This document shows positions 22,904 through 32,648 of a DNA stretch of 64,000 nucleotides, in pieces. The first letter of the stretch is position 1, and each line of letters opens with the position of its first letter. The DNA is from Diplonema japonicum. Taxonomy: Eukaryota; Protista; Euglenozoa: Diplonemea. Made by a program: the position numbers and the translations under genes. The DNA lies in NCBI GenBank assembly GCA_964019335.1, contig OZ025720.1, forward strand, positions 310,001-374,000, given 5' to 3'. Under the pieces are notes generated by a model. It was not told the origin of the DNA, made no database searches, and was given only the letters and a program-made list of their open reading frames with translations.

Positions 22904-24631
22904 CTATAACAGTGCAAGCAACACGACAAGAATGTAAGCAAACACACTAAGGGGAACCAACGACACACCCTGGTTAGAAAGCTTAACACCCGGAACGCCC
23001 CCACCGGTGTTGTTCCCGCAGTCCTTGATGTTCATGAGGGACATCATCCCACGGTCCTCGTGCTGCAAAAGGTGGCAGTGCAGCACAACCTCCCCTGCAA
23101 ACTCGGTAGGGCGCATCCTGACGACGGAGCCGGATCCTTGCCAAGCGGGGGCCACATCCCTCCACTCCCCGTCCCTCAACACTATCCCTGAACTGTCACC
23201 GCCGTTGACCACTTGAAAGTGATTCACATGCTGGTGGTAAGGATGGTACGAGACCCCAGACAGTATCGGTCCATTAGCGTTATGGTGCATCTTTCCATTC
23301 CCCCCAAGGGTGTACTCGTATGTCTGGTCCAAGCAGAACTCCTCTGTGTACCTGTCTGCTCCGGTGTTGCCCCACCCAGGCCATGCCTTGCCGTTGATTC
23401 CACCGTCTTTGTTTCTGAATTCAATAGACTTCACCCCCCTCACCCCTCCGACCTGAACATTCGCCTCGTCCATCAACGACGTCAGGTACGCCGGAAGAGG
23501 TGCCGCTGTGGTGGGGATGTTTGGGTTCGTGGTCCTTACATTCAGCTTCATCATGCTGGCCTGCGAGAAGGTGTTCTTCGCCGACGGGTTCACAGAAGGA
23601 GTCTTCGTTGCCACCATGTTGATGGTGCTGCGGCTCACCCCAGCGGGGAGGTTGCACTGCACAGCCACATCAGCACGAGTCCCTTGAATGAGAACAATGG
23701 TGGTGATGTCAAGGTAAGGTGTTGCATGGAAAACACCATCCCTCGCCAGCAGGGTCATGTTGCACAGCCCTTCAGGGTCATCGAGCTCCATTGTCAGGTG
23801 GAACCCATCCCCAGCGTGCACCATGCGCAGGAGTGTCGCGTCCCCGTCGATCACCTCCACATCAGGGGACAGCACACCGTTCACGACGTAGAAGTTCCCT
23901 GTCCCCTTGTTCGGAAGGGTCGTAGAGGCCCACTTCAGGTTCAGAGGGACAGTCACGTTCTTGTACAGACTCACAAGATCCTTGTGGGTGTAGAAGTCCC
24001 ATTGCCCACCTGCTTTACTGCTACTGTCCCCCATGGCAAGGTAGTTGAAGATGAGGGGAGGTACCCTCGTGGAGCTGTAGAGCCTCTGGAGGTCCAGGGG
24101 GAGAGTGTAGGAAGGAGCGGGGTCCACAAGGAGGATGCCAGCAAGGCCACCAAGGGCTTGGAGAGAAGTGCTCCCATGGTGGTGAGCATGGTACCAGTGT
24201 GTCCCCATGAGGTGGTCCCCAGGGACAGTGTAGGTGTAGGTGTGTTCTTGACCGGGTTGGATGTGGGTGTCGATGTTGTCCTCTTGTGGCGACACGTGAA
24301 GCCCGTGCGTGTGGAGTGAGGTGATGTCAGGACAGTGGAAGCCGTTCTGTCCATCCACCATCGTGCACTGGGGACCCTTCAGCTTGTTCACCACACGCAG
24401 GTTGCACACCTCTCCTGCCTGCATGCGGATCGTCGCAGCAGGGAAGGTGATCTCCCCATCGACACGGTACACACGGGACTGGAACTGCACCACGCCCTTC
24501 ACTACAACATCAGCAACCTCCACCTCCATCAGAATTGTTTTTCTGCCAGTGCAAGTCACTTCACGCACCCGAGGGACAGGGACACCTTCTCCCAGTGAAC
24601 AGAGCAGCAGCAGACCAAACACAGAACGCAT
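22904..24631 (-). CDS. Multicopper oxidase 3, signal peptide and GPI-like tail
   Basis: Same four Cu-binding motifs; N-terminal part identical to MCO1, domain 3 diverged. Confidence 0.95.
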   Translation of the reverse strand: MRSVFGLLLLCSLGEGVPVPRVREVTCTGRKTILMEVEVADVVVKGVVQFQSRVYRVDGEITFPAATIRMQAGEVCNLRVVNKLKGPQCTMVDGQNGFHCPDITSLHTHGLHVSPQEDNIDTHIQPGQEHTYTYTVPGDHLMGTHWYHAHHHGSTSLQALGGLAGILLVDPAPSYTLPLDLQRLYSSTRVPPLIFNYLAMGDSSSKAGGQWDFYTHKDLVSLYKNVTVPLNLKWASTTLPNKGTGNFYVVNGVLSPDVEVIDGDATLLRMVHAGDGFHLTMELDDPEGLCNMTLLARDGVFHATPYLDITTIVLIQGTRADVAVQCNLPAGVSRSTINMVATKTPSVNPSAKNTFSQASMMKLNVRTTNPNIPTTAAPLPAYLTSLMDEANVQVGGVRGVKSIEFRNKDGGINGKAWPGWGNTGADRYTEEFCLDQTYEYTLGGNGKMHHNANGPILSGVSYHPYHQHVNHFQVVNGGDSSGIVLRDGEWRDVAPAWQGSGSVVRMRPTEFAGEVVLHCHLLQHEDRGMMSLMNIKDCGNNTGGGVPGVKLSNQGVSLVPLSVFAYILVVLLALL

Positions 24632-25756
24632 CTTACACCCGTTAAAAGCAATATAGCCTGTAATTAAAGTATGAAGTCTTCACTGCTCAGAAAATAATTA
24701 AAAAAAAAGCCTTCAAAGGAAGGAAGACACGCCGTGAAGCCATCTTAAAAGGGGAGATAGAAGAGAGAGGAGGGGTGCCTTGTCCTCTTTCTTTTTCATT
24801 TCTATACTTGTGGTTCTCTGACACAAAACGTGTTTGCAAAGACCACTTCGAAGAAAATAAAAAAAAAGGAGGATGAAGGCATAAAGGCATGGTGTTGTAA
24901 CGGTAATCCTTGATGGTGATGACGAGATATACCGGACGAGAGCAACAAAGGATGTCCAACATGGCCTTAAGCACACACGAGTGTCACAAGGTGAAGGGAG
25001 GCTACCCCCTTCGCCATCTCTACTGGCTCTCTGGTGCACAAGGGCATGCCGACTGGTGTTCATTCAATTCTTTTTTGTTTTTCTCTCTTGTCCACGACAA
25101 GATTGAAAGTTCTGTTTATTCTTTTTTTTTCTTCTTTCTTTTTTCCTCCTTTCTCCCATCAGCTCACAGGACAACGAAACATTGAAGCAAAATAGAAATA
25201 CCAAATCACTTTTTTTTTCCCGTGTTTATATCGAAAAGAGTGCTTGCACATAACGCAAGTCGAACGGCGTGCCGTGTGCCCTAATGACTGATGTCACTGG
25301 GACACACAGCGAAAGGGGAAGGGAGGGAGGCAGGGGCTTGTATAGTCACCTTGTTGTGTCTCATGGGGACGAGGCACTAAACAAAGTCGGGTAATGGAAA
25401 AGTGAGTTGAGGTCAACAGTGCCTGCACGGCCTCACAGATTCAGAAAAAAGAAGAAAGGAAAAAAATAAAATAAAAAAAGAAGGACGATGCCGTACTTTA
25501 AATTGAATTCGGTATAAGTTTTTATAGACCTTAGCAAAATTTGAAATCTGGTCTGATCTTCAATATTTAACAACTTTATCAATTAAAAAAAAAAAAGAAA
25601 ATTCGCTTAAGGGGTGACAGGCTGTGAGTAAAAAAGCCATCTTTAAAAAAAAAAAAGTTTAAGTTGTTACAAAAAAGACCTTAGCAAATTCTCGAACCAG
25701 ACCTACATTCCTTAAAATACGGTGAAATAAAAAAAGGTAAAAACCGAGAGGAAGAA

Positions 25757-25880
25757 AAAAGAGGAACTGGCCGTTGTTTGTACGTGCCGGGTAAAACCTG
25801 GAGAAGTTTGTAAACCCAAAACACGTTGTCAACGTTCCCTTTTTGTTTAGACAAGTCAAAGATTCGTTCTTGCAAAAGAA
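25757..25880. repeat. Dispersed ~120-bp repeat (related copies about 49620-49710 and 49757-49870)
   Basis: AAGAGGAAC and CGTGCCGGG occur in all three copies; AAACCTGGAGAAGTTT is shared with 49620-49710; TTAGACAAG and GTTCTTGCAA are shared with 49757-49870. Confidence 0.75.
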
Positions 25881-25982
25881 AACCCTTAAAGATCTATGCT
25901 GGACCATGAAGGGTCTATTATTATGTATACCTCTACAAGGGCACTGCCTAGGTATGAAGGAGGAAGGAGTGGAAAAAAGAAA

Positions 25983-28001
25983 TCACAATAAAACGGAAAA
26001 GAAGGTGAGAAGGAGAACAGAGAACATAACAGGGGCAAGTGACGGGGCGTAGTCTTTTGAAACAGCAGATGGTGTTCCAGGTGCTGCTGTTGTAGGTGCT
26101 GCAGTTTTTGGTGCTTCTGTTTTAGGTGCTGCTGTTCCAGGAGCTGCTGTTCTAGGTGCTGCTGTTTTTGGTGCTTCTGTTTTAAGTGCTGTTGTTCCAG
26201 GTGCTTCTGTTGTCGGAGCTGTTGTTTTCGGTGCTGCTGTTCCAGGAGCTGCTGTTCTAGGTGCTGTAGTTTTTGGTGCTTCTGTTCTAGGTGCTGCTGT
26301 TTTCGGTGCTGCTGTTCCAGGTGCTGCAGTTTTAGGAGCTGCTGTTCTTGTCCCTGGCCGAGGGTTCCCGCAGTCCTTGATGTTCATGAGGGACATCATC
26401 CCACGGTCCTCGTGCTGCAGAAGGTGGCAGTGCAGCACAACCTCCCCGACGAAAGCACTGGGGCGCATCCTAATGAGGGTTCCCACTCCCTTCCAGGTAG
26501 GGGCTACATCCCTCCACTCCCCGTCCCTCAGCACCATCCCGGTGTTGTCCTTTCCGTCGATCACTTGGAAATGGTTCACATGCTGGTGGTAAGGATGGAA
26601 AGTATCCTTGGACAGCACCGGCCCGTTGGGGCTATGCTTGTCCTTCCCGTTCCCCCCAAGGGTGAGCTCGTATGTCTGGTCCAAGCAGAACTCCTCTGTG
26701 TACCTGTCTGCTCCAGTGTAGCCCCACCCAGGCCATGCCTTGTCGTTGATCCCATATGTGCCTCCGCTCCTCTTCAACAAGATGGACTTCACCCCCCTCA
26801 CCCCTCCGACCTGTACATTCGCCACGCTTGCCAACGACGTCAAGTACGCCGGAAGAGGTGCCGCTGTGGTGGGGACAGGTGCGCTGCTTCCTGTTGTCAC
26901 CTTTCTTGTCACCTGAAGCTTCATCATGCTGGCCTGCGAGAAGGTGTTCTTCGCCGACGGGTTCACAGAAGGAGTCTTCGTTGCCACCATGTTGATGGTG
27001 CTGCGGCTCACCCCAGCGGGGAGGTTGCACTGCACAGCCACATCAGCACGAGTCCCTTGAATGAGAACAATGGTGGTGAGCTTGAGGTACGGGGTTTGGT
27101 GGAAGACACCGTCCCTCGCCAGCAGGGTCATCGTGCAGAGCTTTTGAGGGTCATCGAGTTCCATTGTCAGGTGGAACCCATCCCCAGCGTGCACCATGCG
27201 CAGGAGTGTCGCGTCCCCGTCGATCACCTCCACATCAGGGGACAGCACACCGTTCACGACGTAGAAGTTCCCTGTCCCCTTGTTCGGAAGGGTCGTAGAG
27301 GCCCACTTCAGGTTCAGAGGGACAGTCACGTCCTTGTACAGACTCACAAGATCCTTGTGGGTGTAGAAGTCCCATTGCCCACCTCCCTTTCTGTTGGTTC
27401 CCATGGCAAGGTAGTTGAAGATGAGGGGAGGTACTGATGCGGAGTTGTAGAGCCTCTGGAGGTCCAGGGGGAGAGTGTAGGAAGGAGCGGGGTCCACAAG
27501 GAGGATGCCAGCAAGGCCACCAAGGGCTTGGAGAGAAGTGCTCCCATGGTGGTGAGCATGGTACCAGTGTGTCCCCATGAGGTGGTCCCCAGGGACAGTG
27601 TAGGTGTAGGTGTGTTCTTGACCGGGTTGGATGTGGGTGTCGATGTTGTCCTCTTGTGGCGACACGTGAAGCCCGTGCGTGTGGAGTGAGGTGATGTCAG
27701 GACAGTGGAAGCCGTTCTGTCCATCCACCATCGTGCACTGGGGACCCTTCAGCTTGTTCACCACACGCAGGTTGCACACCTCTCCTGCCTGCATGCGGAT
27801 CGTCGCAGCAGGGAAGGTGATCTCCCCATCGACACGGTACACACGGGACTGGAACTGCACCACACCGTCCACAGCCACATTGCCTGCCTCCACCTCCATC
27901 AGAATTGTTTTCCCGGCAGTGCAAGTCACTTCACGCACCCGAGGGACAGGGACACCTTCCCCCAGTGAACAGAGCAGCAGAACCACAAGCACGGAACGCA
28001 T
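25983..28001 (-). CDS. Multicopper oxidase 4 with mucin-like (xTAAP)18 stalk before the GPI-like tail
   Basis: Same Cu motifs. ATG at 28001 aligns with the paralogue starts. Confidence 0.95.
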   Translation of the reverse strand: MRSVLVVLLLCSLGEGVPVPRVREVTCTAGKTILMEVEAGNVAVDGVVQFQSRVYRVDGEITFPAATIRMQAGEVCNLRVVNKLKGPQCTMVDGQNGFHCPDITSLHTHGLHVSPQEDNIDTHIQPGQEHTYTYTVPGDHLMGTHWYHAHHHGSTSLQALGGLAGILLVDPAPSYTLPLDLQRLYNSASVPPLIFNYLAMGTNRKGGGQWDFYTHKDLVSLYKDVTVPLNLKWASTTLPNKGTGNFYVVNGVLSPDVEVIDGDATLLRMVHAGDGFHLTMELDDPQKLCTMTLLARDGVFHQTPYLKLTTIVLIQGTRADVAVQCNLPAGVSRSTINMVATKTPSVNPSAKNTFSQASMMKLQVTRKVTTGSSAPVPTTAAPLPAYLTSLASVANVQVGGVRGVKSILLKRSGGTYGINDKAWPGWGYTGADRYTEEFCLDQTYELTLGGNGKDKHSPNGPVLSKDTFHPYHQHVNHFQVIDGKDNTGMVLRDGEWRDVAPTWKGVGTLIRMRPSAFVGEVVLHCHLLQHEDRGMMSLMNIKDCGNPRPGTRTAAPKTAAPGTAAPKTAAPRTEAPKTTAPRTAAPGTAAPKTTAPTTEAPGTTALKTEAPKTAAPRTAAPGTAAPKTEAPKTAAPTTAAPGTPSAVSKDYAPSLAPVMFSVLLLTFFSVLL
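26072..26349 (-). repeat. 15-bp coding minisatellite, about 18 units encoding [KGRT]T[AET]AP
   Basis: Read directly from the DNA and the translation. Confidence 0.9.
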
Positions 28002-30407
28002 CTTACACTTTGCCAAAGAGCAATACAGCCTGTATGGGTGAATAGGGTGACAACAAAGGAAATAGAGCTAAAACAAAAAGGAGAGGGGTTTCAAGAGCCC
28101 TAATAAAGACGCAGTAGAGGCCTTGTAAGACTGCTCGGGAGCAAGAGGGGAGTTTTAGATGTTTCGGTTGCTCGTGACGGGGTGAGGTGAAATACATGGT
28201 CTACAGTAGCGAAGTTGCCAAGCGGCTGGGCAGCAAGGGCAGTTGGACACTTTTCCCTGCAATGCTCTTGAAAGCCACGAGGGGGGAAAGCTCGCAGATA
28301 GTACGAGGGGAGACTTAGATAACGTTTTCTTGTTCCTATTCTGTTTCTATTTCTCCTTCCCCCCCCCCCCCCCTCGAAATTGAGTCAATGTACAAATTTT
28401 TTTGATCCCCCCCTATTCCGTCAGAATGCGGGGCACAAAGAGAGGGTGAAGTTAATGTGATAAGAGGAAACATTCCGCAAAGGAGACAAAGAAGAAGCAA
28501 TATAATCGACCCCATTTTTTTTCTTTTTTTTTCTCAGAGAGGAAAAAAAAGGGGGGGGGGTGATAGCCCTATTGGGTTTATAACCAACAGAAAATCTTAT
28601 GAGTCATGATTTTAACTCGGGTTTTTAGAATTCTCTGAGTTTTTCGACGAGGGGTAGAAAAAAAAAAAGAGTCGGTTGATTGTTGTTTGTGCACAGCCGG
28701 GATTAACCTGTAGAAGGATAAGCCCAACAATGGTACCACTACTCTTTTTAGCACTAACAATTCATTATCAATAATTATTGCTACTAATTAAAAAAAAAAA
28801 CCCCTCCCCAAAATGAGGCCAATTGACACTTGCATCTTTGGGCATGCCACCCTCTCAAAAAAAAAAAAAGAATTCTCCAAATTTCCGAGCTCATATTAGG
28901 AAAGAATCTGTGTACTAGCAACACTCACTTTCCAATTTGCAGCGGCGTTTTCTTTACTAACCTGGGCCGGGAAAGCTGTAGAATTTCTTTTTTTTGGGGG
29001 GGGGAAGTACTTTGGTTTTTTTTTTTTTTTTTTTTTTTTTTTGAAACGATGCCATACTGTTTCTCTTGTTTCTCTCTTGTAAAAAAAGAAAGATGGTACT
29101 TTTTACCCGAAGTTATTGATTTGTTCTACAAAGAAATGTATAGTTATGTTCTATTTTTGGGCGCCCTGTTTTAACGAGCACTGCAATTTTGAAGCAGGTC
29201 AAGAAGCTGTGCCCAGGCCCCAAGAGGTGCATGCTCATTATTTGCGACGTGCGGGTCCCCTCTTTCTTTCTTTCTTTTTTTTTTTTTCTTTTTTTTTTCT
29301 TGCTGCTATCATTTCATTTTCATTTGTTCACTTTACTTTTTTCAACAAAAAAAAAAAAAAAAAAAAAAAAAAAACGATTTCGGTATTATTGTAGAACATA
29401 TTTTGTGAATACGGTAGCAATCACCATGAAACGAAGTAGTTAGCAACAGGCTACCAAGAAAAGAAGAAAAAAATATATATAAGAGATAAATAATAATAAA
29501 GGAAGCCAGTGTTGGTGGCGCCTGCTAAAGGGGGGGGGGGGGGGGGGGGATATAGAGAGATTCAAAATCTCAGGGAAATAGTGAAGTAGAATAAAATACT
29601 TTTCACCACTCTTCTTTTTTCTTCTTCTTTCTTTCTCGTCACTTCACACCAAGTAAAGAAATGGTTAAGGGGAGCAGGAAAGGTAGATTGCGCCACCTTC
29701 TACAAAGAGGAGGCAACAAGAGAGCTTACCTTTAGAAACCAAAGAAAAAAAAAAAAAACGAAAAAAGAAAAAAAGAGTTGGCGCGTAGCACTTGTTTATG
29801 TACACGGTACAAATCTTGAGATAAGTTACTGCATGCTGCTTTCTACTACTCCTCTTTTTTTTCTTCTTCTTTCTTTTTTTTCTTTTTCTTTTTACAAGAA
29901 ACTGAGCATTACTTGTGTTTAAAAAAAAAAAAAAAAAGAAACATTTCCAAGGTGTTCGGCGAAGTCCCAGTGAGTAAGAATCAGTGTTATTATTATTTTT
30001 ATTTTTTTTTCATAGAAGGGGAAAAAAAGAAAAAAAAAAAAGGAAAAGAAGAAGAAGAAAAAAGAATTAGCGCAGTGGCTTCGAGTCGGCTTTTCCCTTT
30101 TTATTTTATTGTATTTTATTTTTATTTTTGCTATTTTCGTTTTCTTCTAATCTGACCGGATTTGTACTTATGTACCGTAAAAAGTCCCAAATTGGGCTTA
30201 AAAAATTCGGAAAAGGTACTAATGTAAATAAAATAAAAATATTTTTCTGCGTAGAAAGTCCCCCAGGTTGGGGTCCAGATCCGAAAACCGGTACATAATT
30301 TATACATGTTAAGTTCAAATCCGGTTTATTTCGTTTGTCTCATTCGTTGGAGCCGTGACATTCTTTTCACTTTTTGATGACCATGTTCCCTTCTTTTTCC
30401 CCCCCTG

Positions 30408-30446
<39 letters not shown>

Positions 30447-30533
30447 AGGAGTGGTAAATTCTTTCTTTCTTTTGTTTTGTGTGCACAGCCGGGATTAACC
30501 TGAAGGAAGGATAAAACCCAGCAATGCTACCAA

Positions 30534-30577
<44 letters not shown>

Positions 30578-30582
30578 CTTGC

Positions 30583-32493
30583 TCACACCAACACTGTCCC
30601 CTCTGAAGGGGCTGCTGTGCCAAGCTTACCTTCCTTTTCTTCCAACCCGGTTGGGCCCTCCACACTGGGCATGTGTGCATATTTGCTTGAGGTCCCGTAT
30701 CTCCTGACGACGAAGAGGCCGATTAACACAGCGCCCACAACGGAACCAACAGAGAGCACAACTATTGCAAGAACATCTTGTCCTGAACCATTGGGATTGT
30801 TGGCTGTGGTGTCTTTGACTGTTTCGCCAAATGCCTTCAAAGTCACCCCATTGTCGTCATTGCACTTCATCAGCTTCATGAGGGACATCATCCCGTTGTC
30901 CTCATGCTGTAGCAGGTGGCAGTGCAGCACCGCTTCACCTTCGTACTGAACTGGCATCATCCTTACCACCACTCCCCACGCTGGCACGGAGTCCCTCCAC
31001 TCCCCCTTGCGCATCACCGCGCCTGTGTTGTCCACACCTTCGTAAATTTGGAAGTGGTTGATGTGCTGATGGTACGGGTGGAATGGTGCAGGCGACAGGA
31101 CCGGCCCGTCCGCATTGTGCCCTGAAGACGTCCTCCCCAGCGTTATCTCGTACGCTTTGTTCAAGCAGAACTCTTCTGTGTACTTCCCTTTTCCTACATG
31201 GTCCCAGCCGGGCCACGACACCCCATTTACGGAGAACCCCGACGTCCCGCCGCCGCGGAGGGAGATGGTCGAGACCCCCGTCTCACCCCCAACCTGAACA
31301 GGCACATTCATTAAAGATGCCAGATACTCGGGGAAAGGAGCCTGCGAGGTCGGGACAGGTGTCTTCCTTGCCCATGGTAGTCTCTTCTTCACGCACAGCC
31401 GCATGATGCTATCCTGCGAGAAGGTGTTCCTCTCCGCTGGGTTCACAGCGGGGTTCGTTGTAGCCCGCATGTTGATCGTCTTGAAAACCACGTTCTTGGG
31501 GAGGTTGCACTGCACAGCCACATCGACACGCGTCGCCTGCAGAAGCACAATGGTGGTGAGCTTGAGGTACGGGGTTTGGTGGAACACCCCGTCCCTCGCC
31601 AGAAGCGTCATTGTGCAGAGTCCCTCAGGATCATCGAGCTCCAAGGCCAAGTGGGACCCATCCCCAGCGTGCACCATGCGCAGGAGTGTCGCGTCCCCAT
31701 CGGCGAGCATGACCTTGGGAGCCATCGCACCATTCACGACGTAGAAGATACCTGTCCCGTTGTTGGGAAGGGGCCTTCCCCTTGCCCACTTCAGGTTGAG
31801 GGGCACTGTCACAGGATCGTACTCCTCCACGAGGTCCTTGTGGGTGAAGAAGTCCCAGAAGCCCCCAGCTTCTGCGTCGCCCAGCGCAAGGTAGTTCAAG
31901 ATAAGCGGGGGCACTTTTTCCTTGCGGTACAACCTGCGCAAGTCACGTGGGAGCTTGTAGGAAGGAGCGGGGTCCGTGAGAAGGATGCCAGCAAGACCAC
32001 CAAGGGCTTGGAGAGAAGTGCTCCCATGGTGGTGAGCATGGTACCAGTGTGTCCCCATGAGGTGGTCCCCAGGGACAGTGTAGGTGTAGGTGTGTTCTTG
32101 ACCGGGTTGGATGTGGGTGTCGATGTTGTCCTCTTGTGGCGACACGTGAAGCCCGTGCGTGTGGAGTGAGGTGATGTCAGGACAGTGGAAGCCGTTCTGT
32201 CCATCCACCATCGTGCACTGGGGACCCTTCAGCTTGTTCACCACACGCAGGTTGCACACCTCTCCTGCCTGCATGCGTATCGTCGTAGGGGGGAAGGTGA
32301 TCTCCCCATCGACACGGTACACACGGGACTGGAACTGCACCACGCCTTTGATCACGACATCAGCAGCCTCGACTTCCATCAATACCTCTCGTCCACCAGT
32401 GCAAGTCACTTCATGCACTCTAGGTACTCTGTTGCTTTTCCAACCGCCGCTCACTGCCGTGCACAGCAGCAGCACACCAAACACAGCAAACAT
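30583..32493 (-). CDS. Multicopper oxidase 5, type I membrane form (TM helix plus cytosolic tail)
   Basis: Cu motifs LHTHG, WYHAH, HPYHQH, HCHLLQHEDNGMM. TM segment VLAIVVLSVGSVVGAVLIGLFVV followed by RR and a tail of about 35 aa. Confidence 0.93.
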   Translation of the reverse strand: MFAVFGVLLLCTAVSGGWKSNRVPRVHEVTCTGGREVLMEVEAADVVIKGVVQFQSRVYRVDGEITFPPTTIRMQAGEVCNLRVVNKLKGPQCTMVDGQNGFHCPDITSLHTHGLHVSPQEDNIDTHIQPGQEHTYTYTVPGDHLMGTHWYHAHHHGSTSLQALGGLAGILLTDPAPSYKLPRDLRRLYRKEKVPPLILNYLALGDAEAGGFWDFFTHKDLVEEYDPVTVPLNLKWARGRPLPNNGTGIFYVVNGAMAPKVMLADGDATLLRMVHAGDGSHLALELDDPEGLCTMTLLARDGVFHQTPYLKLTTIVLLQATRVDVAVQCNLPKNVVFKTINMRATTNPAVNPAERNTFSQDSIMRLCVKKRLPWARKTPVPTSQAPFPEYLASLMNVPVQVGGETGVSTISLRGGGTSGFSVNGVSWPGWDHVGKGKYTEEFCLNKAYEITLGRTSSGHNADGPVLSPAPFHPYHQHINHFQIYEGVDNTGAVMRKGEWRDSVPAWGVVVRMMPVQYEGEAVLHCHLLQHEDNGMMSLMKLMKCNDDNGVTLKAFGETVKDTTANNPNGSGQDVLAIVVLSVGSVVGAVLIGLFVVRRYGTSSKYAHMPSVEGPTGLEEKEGKLGTAAPSEGTVLV

Positions 32494-32648
32494 CCCCCTT
32501 TCCTGTCATGAATACAGATATTAAAACATGCCACGACAAACAAAATAATATAAGGGCTAGGCTCAAATAGGTGGGGGGGGGGGGGGGGGGGCGCATGAAA
32601 ATGCAGTTATAAAGGTTTAAAGGTGGAACAAAGTAAATGGTTTTCAGC

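Noticed and set aside
17486-32169. Long plus-strand ORFs over the MCO genes (e.g. 17486..18628, 23213..24319, 26412..27437)
   Set aside because: Antisense shadows of GC-rich coding sequence, duplicated along with the genes; no motifs.
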